Below are positions 14,390 to 28,170 of a DNA stretch of 64,000 nucleotides, piece after piece. Both the position numbers and the translations under genes were made by a program. Origin of the DNA: Tubiluchus corallicola. Lineage: Eukaryota > Animalia > Priapulida. The notes under the pieces are model-generated. The model saw only the letters and a list, made by a program, of their open reading frames with translations, did not search any database and was not told the origin of the DNA. The stretch is taken from the NCBI GenBank assembly GCA_030141605.1, contig JAQGDQ010000718.1, positions 41,328 through 105,327 of the forward strand. The letters run 5' to 3'. The number at the start of each line of letters is the position of its first letter. The first letter of the stretch is position 1.

Positions 14390-14615
14390 TACGGTTAGGG
14401 TTTGGGTTACGGTCAGGGTAAGGGTCAGGGTTAGGGTCAGGGTCAGGGTTAGGGTTAGGGTCAGGATATTTTAAATTGAGTGGGGGATTGTAAACTCTTT
14501 CCAAATATTCTGTCATCTAGGCGAAATTTGGGGTAGGGTTAAGGTTAGAATTAGAGTTAGGGTTGTGGTTACGGTTAAGGCTAGGGTAGGGTTAGGGTTA
14601 GGGTGGGGTTAGGGT
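14390..14615. repeat. Degenerate (TTAGGG)-like interstitial repeats
   Basis: Two blocks of ggttag/ggtcag units. Confidence 0.85.
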
Positions 14616-14617
14616 TG

Positions 14618-15047
14618 TTAATTTGTCTTCACACGCTGCCCTAATTTGTACTCAGATGCTGCCCTGATTTCTCCTCGCATGCTGCCCTAATTTGTCCTCA
14701 CATGCTGCCCTAATTTCTCCTCGTATGTTGCCCTAATTTGTACTCACATGCTGCCCTGATTTCTCCTCGCATGCTGCTCTAATTTGTACTCACATGCTGC
14801 CCTAATTTCTCCTCGTATGTTGCCCTAATTTCTCCTCACATGCTGCCCTAATTTCTCCTCACATGCTGCCCTAATTTCTCCTCACATGCTGCCCTAATTT
14901 CTCCTCACATGCTGCCCTAATTTCTCCTCACATGCTGCCCTAATTTGTCCTCACATGCTGCCCTAATTTCTCCTCGTATGCTGCCCTAATTTCTCCTCAC
15001 ATGCTGCCCTAATTTCTCCTCACATGCTGCCCTAATTTGCCCTCACA
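14618..15047. repeat. 23-bp minisatellite, ~18 copies
   Basis: Unit catgctgccctaatttctcctca. Confidence 0.95.
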
Positions 15048-15619
15048 AATTTGTACTTTGGGTTTGCCTCAAAATTGCGCAGATATTGCCATCACCTTCT
15101 GAAAATCTTACATTAATTATCTTCTTAACTTACTAAAAATTTCAAATTCCTCGTTAAATGTTTTTGCCAGGTCACATTATTGCCGGAACAAACCAAGTTA
15201 ACGCCTTCTCCGTCGCCTATATAGTTTCATCTTGTCAAAAACACCGTCATTTTGTTGTTAGAACCCAGCTTTAGTTTCCGATTTTTCTCTTAAGAATAAC
15301 CAGACCCAACACTTAATGATCAAAGCTTTCTCATTACGACTATGTCTATTATAGGTTTTGACACTAGAATAAAAAAATCTTGCGTGCACTTTCTCTTAGA
15401 CTCCCTGAGAGACAAAAGTTTAGTCTTGACGACGTTAATACCTTTGATGTAACGTAATCTCCCTTTTTCGCCTTGTCTTATTAAGCTCGAGTTTTCAACT
15501 TCAAGGGCTTTGCGCCTTAGTCTTATTAAGCTCGAGTTTTCAACTTCAAGGGCTTTGCGCCTTAGTCTATACACTTGAAATGCAAGTTTAAAAGTACTAA
15601 TATTTCATTGTGCTCAGAC

Positions 15620-16125
15620 CAGTGGGGCGGTTCGTAGCTAAAATTAGTGGGGGCGCTGCTTTAGAAAATTTTTAGCCATTGTTTTAATACGGTGTAATTT
15701 TAATGTTGTAATTGTAGTTTTAAACAAACACATAAACATATGAAATTTTATACATAAACTTCATAAAATCCTAAACAAAAAGTTTTTTTGGCTTATTAAT
15801 AGCCTAAATTGTCGCAGTTCAAGCTTGATCCGTTCACGGTAAGCACGTAATAACTGACAACAAACTGTGCGAGTGACAGTACTTTCTCTACACGGGCTCA
15901 TACATGTGTGCATGACCGCATGCGCACAACAGCTGATCACTGCGTTGTTGGAGCGCATTGTGCTCGGCTGTGAAGCAAACAGTACTACTCTCACGTGCTC
16001 TGGACCGTTCAAGTATAAAGAAAGAAATAAAGAAAAAAGACTTATTATATTGAATATTATCGATGATATTGATGGAAAATGGGGGGCGCTGCAGTTCCAC
16101 AGTACCTATACACGCGCCGCCACTG
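15620..16125. mobile_element. hAT-like MITE
   Basis: Termini cagtggggcg...cgccgccactg; 8-bp TSD gctcagac/tctcagac. Confidence 0.8.
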
Positions 16126-16327
16126 TCTCAGACACCTTAGGTACGGTTTCTTTAGTGGTGCCAAGCACCTTTAGAAACTAAGTATTTAAGATGCGAACGT
16201 GCGTGTTTGCGTGTGTGCATGCGTGCGCATGCGTGTGTGTTCAAATGCATTGATACATTACTAATATCAACATGTGCAACACGTTCAAGGAATATTTGTT
16301 CTGATGAAAATTATGTTCACTTGTGAT

Positions 16328-16555
16328 GGTGTGTGTGTGTGTGTGCGTGTGTACGTGTGCGTGTGCACGTGTGTGTGTGTGTGTTGTGTGCGTGTGCGTG
16401 TGCGTGCGTGTGTGTGTGTCTGTGTCTGTGTGCGTGTGTGTGTGTGTGCGGGTGCATGAGTGTGTGCGTGTGTGTGTGTGTGTATGCGGGTGCGTGTGCA
16501 TGTGCGTGAGTGTGTGCGTGTGCGTGTGTGTGTCTGTGTGTCTGTGTGCGTGTGC

Positions 16556-16591
<36 letters not shown>

Positions 16592-16806
16592 GTGTGTGTG
16601 TGCGGGTGCGTGAGTGTGTGCGTGTGTGTGTGTGTGTGTGGGTGCGTGTGCGTGTGCGTGAGTGTTTGCGTGTGCATGTGTGTGTGTGTGTCTGTGTGTC
16701 TGTGTGCGTGTGCGTGAGTGTGTGTGTGTGTGTCTGTGTGCATGTGCGTGTGCGTAAGTGTGTGCGTGTGCGCGTGTGTGTGTGTGCGTGTGTGCGCGCA
16801 CGCGCG
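16328..16806. repeat. (GT/GC)n compound microsatellite
   Basis: Read directly. Confidence 0.95.
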
Positions 16807-17420
16807 TTTTGTACTGTACATCACACTGAAAGATGTACAGTAGCACTGTACTTCCGTTTCCGCTTAGGCAAACACGTGCAACACGTTCAAGGAATATTTG
16901 TTCTGATAAAAATTATGTTCGCTTGTGATGGCTTGTCCACCATTAATTAACTTTCTAGCACATCACTTAATTATTGGAAACGCTTTGACATTACTGTAGA
17001 TGTTAAAATGTATACTTTACTGTATTTCAAAGTGGTACCTGATTCGAAAAATCATCCTGTTTTCCGTCAGGAGTTGGCTTCTTTATCCGGTTCCGTGCTG
17101 TTTCAAGGAAGCCGTTGAAATTTAACTAATACTTAATATTCTGTTCGCGTTTCGTATTAGAAAAAAGCTGCTGCCTCTAACGCATGTCCATTGAAGGCAG
17201 TAAGCGTAGGTCCCTCGAGTGGAAAATCTTCCACCGGAAGTAATCAGTGATATAATTAGATTTCCGGGAATTTTGCCTTTTAACGATTGTCGTCCAGTAA
17301 AGGTCAAGATTTAAAGGTCATCCAACTTTTGTTTGCCCATATTTTTCGACCGACAAAAATCGCAGGTATGGCATGCATGCATCACGAATTGATGAGTCAT
17401 ATTGGATTTGCTAAAGATGA

Positions 17421-17888
<468 letters not shown>

Positions 17889-18433
17889 TTGTATCTGTAT
17901 TTGTATTGTATTTTATTTTATATATAAAAAAATTGAATAAATGAATCAATCTCTCTCCCTCTCTTTTCTCTCCTTTACCGACGTCTCCCCATCCCCTCTT
18001 TTTCCACTGTTTTACCCACTTTCTTTCCTCATTTACCTCTTCCTACGTGTCTTCTGTCTCTTGAAGTTTGACGGAATTTCCAATCTTTTCACTTCCTGTC
18101 ACGTCTTGCTGGAGAAAAATGAAAGCACTTTATAGACCTGCATAGATGCTGATGTGGTCTATTTTGGTAAAGTGATTAATGCTTTTGGTTAATGAAGGTG
18201 TAGGGAATTTCATCCTCATTCTTTCCTGTGTGATTCGTTGCAAGGTATTTCCTTATTACAGGCTTCCTCTGTTTCATTGCATTATCCCTTCATCACAAAC
18301 GTGCTTGTGTGTGAATAGTTCGTTAAACGGAGGCTAACTAATTAGGCTAAAAGGCTATTAGCTAATGACCTAGTTTGCAAGTGTTGATCATGACCTTGTC
18401 CCAGTTACGTTAAGCAGGACTGTGAGAGTTGTA

Positions 18434-19948
18434 GGTGCACCTTGGTGAGTGAAGTGCACCCTGGTGAGTGAAGTGCACCTTGGTGAGTGAAGTGCACCCT
18501 GGTGAGTGAAGTGCACCCTGGTGAGTGAAGTGCACCCTGGTGAGTGAAGTGCACCTTGGTGAGTGAAGTGCACGCTGGTGAGTGAAGTGCACCTTGGTGA
18601 GTGAAGTGCACCTTGGTGAGTGAAGAGCATGCTGGTGAGTGAAGTGCACCCTGGTGAGTGAAGTGTGCTCTGGTGAGTGAAGTGCATGCTCGTGAGTGAA
18701 GTGCACCCTGGTGAGTGAAGTGCATGCTGGTGAGTGAAGTGCACCCTGGTGAGTGAAGTGCACCTTGGTGAGTGAAGTGCACCCTGGTGAGTGAAGTGCA
18801 CCTTGGTGAGTGAAGTGCATGCTGGTGAGTGAAGTGCACCCTGGTGAGTGAAGTGCATGCTGGTGAGTGAAGTGCACCTTGGTGAGTGAAGTGTGCTCTG
18901 GTGAGTGAAGTGCACCCTGGTGAGTGAAGTGCATGCTGGTGAGTTAAGTGCATGCTGGTGAGTGAAGTGCACCTTGGTGAGTGAAGTGCACCCTGGTGAG
19001 TGAAGTGCACGCTGGTGAGTGAAGTGCACCTTGGTGAGTGAAGTGCACCCTGGTGAGTGAAGTGCGCGCTGGTGAGTGAAGTGCATGCTGGTGAGTGAAG
19101 TGCACGCTGGTGAGTGAAGTGCATGCTGGTGAGTGAAGTGCACCATGGTGAGTGAAGTGCACCTTGGTGAGTGAAGTGCACCATGGTGAGTGAAGTGCAC
19201 CCTGGTGTGTGAAGTGCACGCTGGTGAGTGAAGTGCACGCTGGTGAGTGAAGAGCACGCTGGTGAGTGAAGTGCACCTTGGTGAGTGAAGGGCATGTTGG
19301 TGTGTGAAGTGCACCTTGGTGAGTGAAGAGCACCCTGGTGAGTGAAGTGCACGCTCGTGAGTGAAGTACACCTTGGTGAGTGAAGTGCACCTTGGTGAGT
19401 GAAGGGCATGTTGGTGTGTGAAGTGCACCTTGGTGAGTGAAGAGCACCCTGGTGAGTGAAGTGCACGCTCGTGAGTGAAGTACACATTGGTGAGTGAAGT
19501 GCACCTTGGTGAGTGAAGTGCACCCTGGTGAGTGAAGTGCACGCTCGTGAGTGAAGTACACCTTGGTGAGTGAAGTGCACCTTGGTGAGTGAAGGGCATG
19601 TTGGTGTGTGAAGTGCACCTTGGTGAGTGAAGAGCACCCTGGTGAGTGAAGTGCACGCTCGTGAGTGAAGTACACATTGGTGAGTGAAGTGCACCCTGGT
19701 GAGTGAAGTGCACGCTCGTGAGTGAAGTACACCTTGGTGAGTGAAGTGCACCTTGGTGAGTGAAGTACACCTTGGTGAGTGAAGTGCACCTTGGTGAGTG
19801 AAGTGCACCCTGGTGAGTGAAGTGCACGTTCGTGAGTGAAGTGCACCTTGGTGAGTGAAGTGTGCTCTCGTGAGTGAAGTGCACCTTGGTGAGCGAAGTG
19901 CATGCTGGTGTGTGAAGTGCACCTTGGTGAGTGAAGTGCACCCTGGTG
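18434..19948. repeat. 19-bp minisatellite, ~80 copies
   Basis: Unit ggtgagtgaagtgcaccct with variants; source of the spurious ~500-aa ORFs. Confidence 0.97.
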
Positions 19949-20237
19949 TTCTCATTTTCAATACTAGATGTATTAGATTCTAGGAAGAGTAGACGTTTGA
20001 CAAATATGTAAATGGTAGGCGACTCGTTGTTGCTTAATTCATGCTGAGAATGTTAAAGCTGCAAGACAATCAACCGACCGATCCACTGACTGGCTGACTG
20101 ACCAAGTTGGATTGACAAACGAACGGACAGACGGATAAGCAGGCAGACAGACAGACAGATAGATTACGGATGGGTGGATAGACAGACAGATACACAGACA
20201 GACAGAGACAGACAGATAGATTCATACAAACAATCAA

Positions 20238-20607
20238 ACATACATACATACATACATACATACATACATACATACATACATACATACATACATACATACA
20301 TACATACATACATACATACATACATACATACATACATACATACATACATACATACATACATACATACATACATACATACATACATAAATACATACATACA
20401 TACATACATACATACATACATACATACATACATACATACATACATACATACATACATACATACATACATACATACATACATACATACATACATACATACA
20501 TACATACATACATACATACATACATACATACATACATACATACATACATACATACATACATACATACAAACACCATACATACATACATACATACATACAT
20601 ACATACA

Positions 20608-20641
<34 letters not shown>

Positions 20642-20671
20642 CATACATACATACATACATACATACATACA

Positions 20672-20703
<32 letters not shown>

Positions 20704-20705
20704 CA
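20238..20705. repeat. (CATA)n microsatellite
   Basis: Read directly. Confidence 0.95.
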
Positions 20706-21042
20706 CAAATCTATCACAAAATATGTCCTTCAGGGAAAATTTGACACAAGTGCTCTGACGCATTGTACAGGCAAGAAACTAAAACGTAGATAATTTTAAG
20801 ACAAATCAGTTACTGTAGAACACTGGAGATCACGAAGTAGCAAAGTTCAAGCATGTTAATTTAATATGGTTTAAAAACATGCCATAAAACCAAGATAAAT
20901 GAAATTATGAGACTGATTGCTTTGTGTAATTAATAATTATTAGCCCAACATTCAACATGAACGTAAACGTGAAGTAACGAACTGTAAACAAATAAATGAC
21001 TGAAAATGTGAAAAAACAAAAAGATAACAAGGATGAAAAAAT

Positions 21043-21222
21043 GGACAGACAGACAGACAGGCAGGCAGGCAGGCAGACAGACAGACGGACAGGCAGACAG
21101 GTAGATAGGCAGACAGACATAGAGGTAGGCAGACAGACAGACAGGCAGGCACGCAGACAGACAAACGGACAGACGGGCAGACAGTCAGGCTTGCAGGCAG
21201 GCAGACAGACGGACGCACATGG

Positions 21223-21270
<48 letters not shown>

Positions 21271-21560
21271 GGACGGACGGACGGATGGACGGTCGGACGG
21301 GTGGACAAACAGACAGACAAACAGACAGGCAGGCAGACGGACAGGCAGACTGTCAGACATGCAGGCAGACAGACATGCAGACAGGCAATCGGACAGACAG
21401 GCAGGCAGGTGGACAGGTAGGCAGGTGGACAGGCAGACTGTCAGGCAGACAGACAGGCAGACAGGCAATCGGACAGACAGGCAGGCAGGTGGACAGGCAG
21501 ACAGGCAGACTGTCAGGCAGGCAGGCAGTCGGACAGACGAACAAACAGACTAACGAACGA
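21043..21560. repeat. (CAGA/CAGG/CGGA)n compound microsatellite
   Basis: Read directly. Confidence 0.95.
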
Positions 21561-22172
21561 ACAACTCCGCTATTTCATTTCTTTACTTGTATAAGCGCTT
21601 AAAAGAAAATAAACGAACACCCGAGAGCCAAAAATTGTCAAAGGAAAGGCTAAGCCAATTTAGGCTGATCTCATTGTTCATGAAAACTGTGAAAAGTGTA
21701 ATAAGCGCCTCGCATAATTAGTAAAACCACTTTAAACTTATTTCATTCTTCCACCAGTGACGTCATTCAATGACTGAAGAAATTGTCAATTTCCGTCAAA
21801 ACTATAATGAATTTTTACACAAAAAAAACTAGATAGCTAGTTTTGCTATATTGTTATGTGAACATTAGGTAAGCTGTAGAAGTTTTAGTAAGTTTACACA
21901 ACGCACGCTTACGGAAAACCGTGATGCGCTTATCAACGAAATCCACCAGTGATGTCATAAGTTTTAAGTGAATGGTGGCTGCTCCTGAAAATTTCTATTC
22001 AGCGATGGTATCAATTAACTTTTTGCTTTGCAAACAGTTCATGTGCAAATTACTTTGTTATATTTTTCTAAGTTTAAGTGATAACAGTAAAATAAACCCA
22101 ACACACAGGGTGATTTGTTCTTTCCACCTAGTAAACATTTGGCATTAGATGTTCTTAGAAGATTCTTATAGT

Positions 22173-22945
22173 TTAAAGGACAAGAAAACGGGTACTTGAA
22201 GTAGGCATTCATAAAATAAACAAGTTTTTTCTTAGTATGTAGATAATTAGTTCTCTAACTCAATACCAGGACTGAAGCGATAAAATGGTTGAACTAGAAA
22301 TAGTGACCAGTCTACCAAGCAAGTTTATAGGAAAGGACATGTCACTTAGCATATTGGGTTTAAATCACTGGTCACTCAGCATACTGGGTTTATATCACTG
22401 GTCACTCAGCATACTGGGTTTATATCACTGGTCACTTAGCATATTGGGTTTATATCACTGGTCACTCAGCATATTGGGTTTATATCACTGGTCACTCTTT
22501 CACTTAAAGGACAAGAAGGGGTACTTGAAGTTGGTTTCAGAAAAATTGCCATAAAAATTATATTACTTTATAGCAATTTTATTCGTATATCGTACTCGTG
22601 TTGAAAGGAATTTTTGTTTGTTTGCATTTTAAATTTCCCGAGTCACTGTACCGACGGCGCCGTTACATGACGTCATATACGCACAAAGTAAATCAGGGGA
22701 AGCCACTCACTAACCAAAAACGTATTTTTAATCTTATTGACAAGGTGCAGTAATTTAAAACTTTACTTAGTTTGTGACGTGTGCGCTACAAATGTTCACG
22801 TCTTCAAATGACTTATCGTCAAAATGACTGCGTCTTGCGGCACCGCGGGAGCCTAAATTTACAAGGTTCATATAGCGTTACTGCCGACGCAAGTCCTGTA
22901 TGCAAAAAAGAAAAATTTTTAAGCTTTAAGTGGAGGGTTTAAGCT
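22173..22945 (+). mobile_element. TTAA-ended MITE, family K3, containing an inserted inverted copy of 45588-45811
   Basis: Two ttaaaggacaagaa termini (22173 and 22504); body similar to 45105-45633 (-) and 60475-61250. Confidence 0.8.
22341..22497. repeat. 30-bp tandem repeat, 5 copies
   Basis: Unit gtcacttagcatattgggtttatatcactg; only one copy at the paralogous 45640-45676. Confidence 0.95.
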
Positions 22946-22968
22946 TGAAAGTAAATCCACCAGTATCC

Positions 22969-23566
22969 GTCAAGGTCACTCATGGACATTGATGTCAAGG
23001 TCATTCATGGACATTGATGTCAAGGTCACTCATGGACATTGATGTCAAGGTCATTCATGGACATTGATGTCAAGGTCACTCATGGACATTGATGTCAAGG
23101 TCATTCATGGACATTGATGTCAAGGTCACTCATGGACATTGATGTCAAGGTCATTCATGGACATTGATGTCAAGGTCACTCATGGACATTGATGTCAAGG
23201 TCATTCATGGACATTGATGTCAAGGTCACTCATGGACATTGATGTCAAGGTCATTCATGGACATTGATGTCAAGGTCACTCATGGACATTGATGTCAAGG
23301 TCATTCATGGACATTGATGTCAAGGTCATTCATGGACATTGATGTCAAGGTCATTCATGGACATTGATGTCAAGGTCATTCATGGACATTGATGTCAAGG
23401 TCATTCATGGACATTGATGTCAAGGTCATTCATGGACATTGATGTCAAGGTCATTCATGGACATTGATGTCAAGGTCATTCATGGACATTGATGTCAAGG
23501 TCATTCATGGACATTGATGTCAAGGTCACTCATGGACATTGATGTCAAGGTCATTCATGGACATTG
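22969..23566. repeat. 25-bp minisatellite, ~24 copies
   Basis: Unit tcaaggtcaYtcatggacattgatg. Confidence 0.97.
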
Positions 23567-23782
23567 CTACAGTTGCATGTAGTTTATAGTTATAATTATA
23601 GTGTTGTGTTATTAGTTTCTTGATTACCCACAATGCTCCACACTTCCGGTAATTTGTCAAATTCCGGAACAGGAGCATCATTGCAAGATTTGCAGCTTGT
23701 CCTTTGCGAGCGAAAAACATGATTTATCTACGACAAGCTAATTATCATAAATGATCATCGCTGCATCTTTTTCTAGACGGCT

Positions 23783-25012
23783 TTGCTGAGACTGCTAGAT
23801 ATTTTTGATAAATTTGCTAAAGAATATGATATCCTTGTAAATGTGAATAAGACTAAACTTGTCACGTTTCACTCCGCCCACATGCAGCAGTTTACTTTTG
23901 CGTCTGTTGTTTTGCAGTGTAAAAGTTTTGTACCTAGTAAAAAAGAAAAATATTTGGGTCATATTTTATCAGATGACACTAGAGATGATTTAGATATATT
24001 ACGACAATGTTCAATTTACTATGGTAGAGCAAATAAATTACTCATGAAATTTACTCACTGTTCAGTTAACGTGAAGAGACAATTGTTTAATGCTTACTGC
24101 ACTACCTTTTATTGTATGTCCACTTGGAGACATTTTTATTCTTACAATCTTAGCAAACTCAAGGTTGCATATAATGTATCAACACGGAAGCTGTTTAACT
24201 TTTCATATGATACGAGCGCTAGACATATTTCTACTAGACTTAATATTATTTATTTTGATGTGATTCACAGAAAATGTGCATACAGTTTACACGTCAGGCT
24301 GAATAAGAGTGAAAATTTTATATGCAAGAACATTTTAAACAGTGATGTAAATTTTACTTCTGTAATTAGACGTCATTCGTTTATTCATTTAGTCATTCAC
24401 TCACTCATTCATTAATTCATTCATTCGTTCGTTCGTTCGTTCATTTATTTATTCATTCATTCGTTTATTCATTTAGTCATTCACTCACTGATTCATTAGT
24501 TCATTCATTCGTTCGTTCGTCTGTTCGTTCGTTCGTTCGTTCGTTCGTTCGCTCGTTCGTTCGTTCGTTCTTTCATTCATTCATTCATTTGTTTATTCAT
24601 TCATTCATTCATTCGTCCATTCATTCAATCATTCACTCACTAATTCATTCATTCATTCTTTTATTCATTCACTCATTCATTCATTCATTTATTCACTCAC
24701 TCATTCATTCATTCATTCATTCATTCACTCACTCACTCATTCATTCATTCATTCTTTTATTGATTCACTCATTCATTCATTCATTCATTCACCCACTCAT
24801 TCATTCATTCATTTATTCACTCATTTGTTCATTCATTCAGTCACTGAGTCAGTCAGTAAGTCAGATCGTCATTGGCATAGTTTGTTATATCGTTAATTGT
24901 TATTTGTGTTATTGTTGTGTGTCATGATTCATTGTATTATTTGTATTAATTTGTGATGTGTATATGAACTTTGTCAAGTTTGAAATAAAATATTAGATCA
25001 AATCAAATTAAA
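23783..25012 (+). mobile_element. 5'-truncated non-LTR retrotransposon (RT C-terminal region and 3' UTR), interrupted by a microsatellite
   Basis: ...YDILVNVNKTK...KYLGHIL...YGRANKL..FTHCSVNVKRQLFNAYC is typical LINE ORF2 post-YADD sequence; the 3' end matches 5526-5851. Confidence 0.85.
24378..24866. repeat. (TTCA/TTCG/CACT)n microsatellite block inside the LINE
   Basis: Absent from the 5526-5851 copy. Confidence 0.92.
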
Positions 25013-25359
25013 ATCTAGCAAGTAACTGCATTGTGAAAACAGCTCGATTATAGCAAAGGTCAAGTTTAACGTAAAAATAAGTTTTCTTTAATTAAAACAG
25101 TTAATCGTAACTTGAAACTTGACACTAATTATGTAAAATTTCATGGCTTCCTTTTCTAATTTGTGCTTCCCTCGGAACATCTTGTTCGGTTCTTTTGCTC
25201 GTGAATTTTCGGAAAATCTCGAGCTTAACAAATGCAGCTAATATATTAATTTTTTCATAGCGCCATCTAACGAGTAAAATGCGCGAAATCAAGTTTTAGA
25301 TTTTCTTCAGAAACGACACCTTCATACCTGACTTCTCTTACATAAACCACCAAGAAAAA

Positions 25360-25975
25360 TTAAAGCAAGACTGGATGCAATCTTAAACTCTATGTAAAAA
25401 CGATCTACTTTTTAAAATATTGAAAGGAAACAAACTATTTTTCAAGAATGACTTACGTGAAAGAATTATTACCTCACAAATACAATTTCGCGTTCACGCC
25501 ACTAGTTCTTCGCTGTTAGGTGCATTTCACCATTCGTTAGTTAGAGGGGCAGTAGCGCCTGCATTTCGGAAACGCATTGCACAAAAAAGAGGTGCTGTAC
25601 CTCTCAGTTCAGTTAGCTTGTTACGAACTACACACGTTCGACAGCTCGGCGGTGAATTGAAATTTGATTTTTTATCTCAAAACTTGGCTAGTTTTAGTAC
25701 AGCACACTGAATATCTTACTGTAGCACTGTACTTGAATTTTAGCTTTCGCAAACTAGTGCAACACGCTCGTGGAATATTTTTGCTGTTGAAAATCATGTT
25801 CGTTTGTGATGTCATCAATAGATGGGCCCGCCCGCTGTTAAATAAGTTTTTAATCAGTAATTTATATATCAGAAACGCTTTTGCAGCATTAATTGTGTTA
25901 AAATGTATACTTTCTATTGAACTTCAAAATGGGGTAGTATATGAAAAATCGTCATATCTTCCTATAAGTATTTGT
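25360..25975 (+). mobile_element. Dispersed MITE, family M4
   Basis: Clear similarity to 59600-60245, partial to 16806-17065 and (inverted) ~7380-7630. Confidence 0.75.
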
Positions 25976-26079
25976 GTAATTATATTCTCGAACTAATTAC
26001 GTTTATATGTCTGTAGACTGTGTTTAACTAAAATGCGCCGTAGATCCAACTGTGTTCTAATACCACCCAGAATATATAA

Positions 26080-27432
<1,353 letters not shown>

Positions 27433-27529
27433 TCACTGCGTATATAATAGGGGGTAACTTCGTTTATGTATAAAGTTTATGTACATATTATTGAAACAAC
27501 ATATTTTTGTTGAGCAAGAAATATTGCAA

Positions 27530-27626
27530 TATGGCTTACCACTGATGATGACAGCAGTAGCTCTGCCGAAACGTTTGACATGATTTTAGCAATATAACTT
27601 AAGAGTTCTAATAAAGTTGTGCTGTT
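27530..27626 (+). ncRNA. Hammerhead-ribozyme-like motif, probably a Penelope-like element terminal fragment
   Basis: CTGATGA (27542-27548), stem gacag/ctgcc, GAAACGTT (27568-27575), followed by AATAAA at ~27610. Stem I pairs poorly. Confidence 0.5.
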
Positions 27627-27638
27627 TTAACTACAAAT

Positions 27639-28170
27639 CTTGTTGGCACTTCTTGAGTGTGCCCCAAGAGAGTCAGTTATTGATCACATTGATAGAGCTG
27701 CAGCGCCGACTGTGGCTGAGCAGTGCGATCCTTGAACGTCTCCAGGGCGCACGCCTGGGCAAGGTGTATGGAGATCCTGAGTTGCCCAGACAACAGGAAC
27801 CCCCTCTCTTCCTCCCTGGTGTAGTCCAAAGGAAAGCGGAGTGATACGTTTGGCACCAGGTTGGCTGCAGGAGCTGCCAGAGTCAGTGAGCATGCTGCAC
27901 TGGTCCGCCTTCGGGGTTCCACTCCTGATTTGGAAGGTTTACTCCTTTATACATGGCCGTTGGGTCACTTGACCTCCTCCGCCTTCTCTCCGTTGGCTGC
28001 TTGTGCAGCTCCTCCGCCTAGTGTCGAGATACAGTGTGGGCATCCCGCAAGCCTACATCACCTGGTATTCCTAGGCGGTCACCCATCCAAGTACTAACCA
28101 GGCTCTACGTTGCTTAACTTCGGTGATGAGACGAGAACCGGTGTTTTCAACGTGATTTGGCCGTAGCCGC
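27639..28170 (-). mobile_element. 5S rRNA-derived SINE, copy 2, with a full-length 5S head
   Basis: Minus strand 28168-28049 reads as a complete 5S-like sequence (gctacggcc...tacttggatgggtgaccgcc..ggaataccaggtg..gtaggctt) followed by the shared body; TSD ttaactacaaat/ttaactataaat (27627-27638, 28171-28182). Confidence 0.92.

Noticed and set aside
14390-14615. Telomere or chromosome fusion site
   Set aside because: Short, degenerate and single-orientation; such ggttag tracts are common inside TEs.
18388-19961. ~500-aa ORFs in three frames
   Set aside because: Translation of a stop-free 19-bp minisatellite; no protein-like features.
27985-28048. HDV-like ribozyme at the start of the SINE body (minus strand)
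   Set aside because: A gctgc-acaa-gcagc hairpin followed by caa is present, but I could not find convincing P1/P2 pairings by eye.
28049-28170. Functional 5S rRNA gene
   Set aside because: No oligo-T terminator after the 5S; it runs into a shared body flanked by TSDs, so it is a SINE head.
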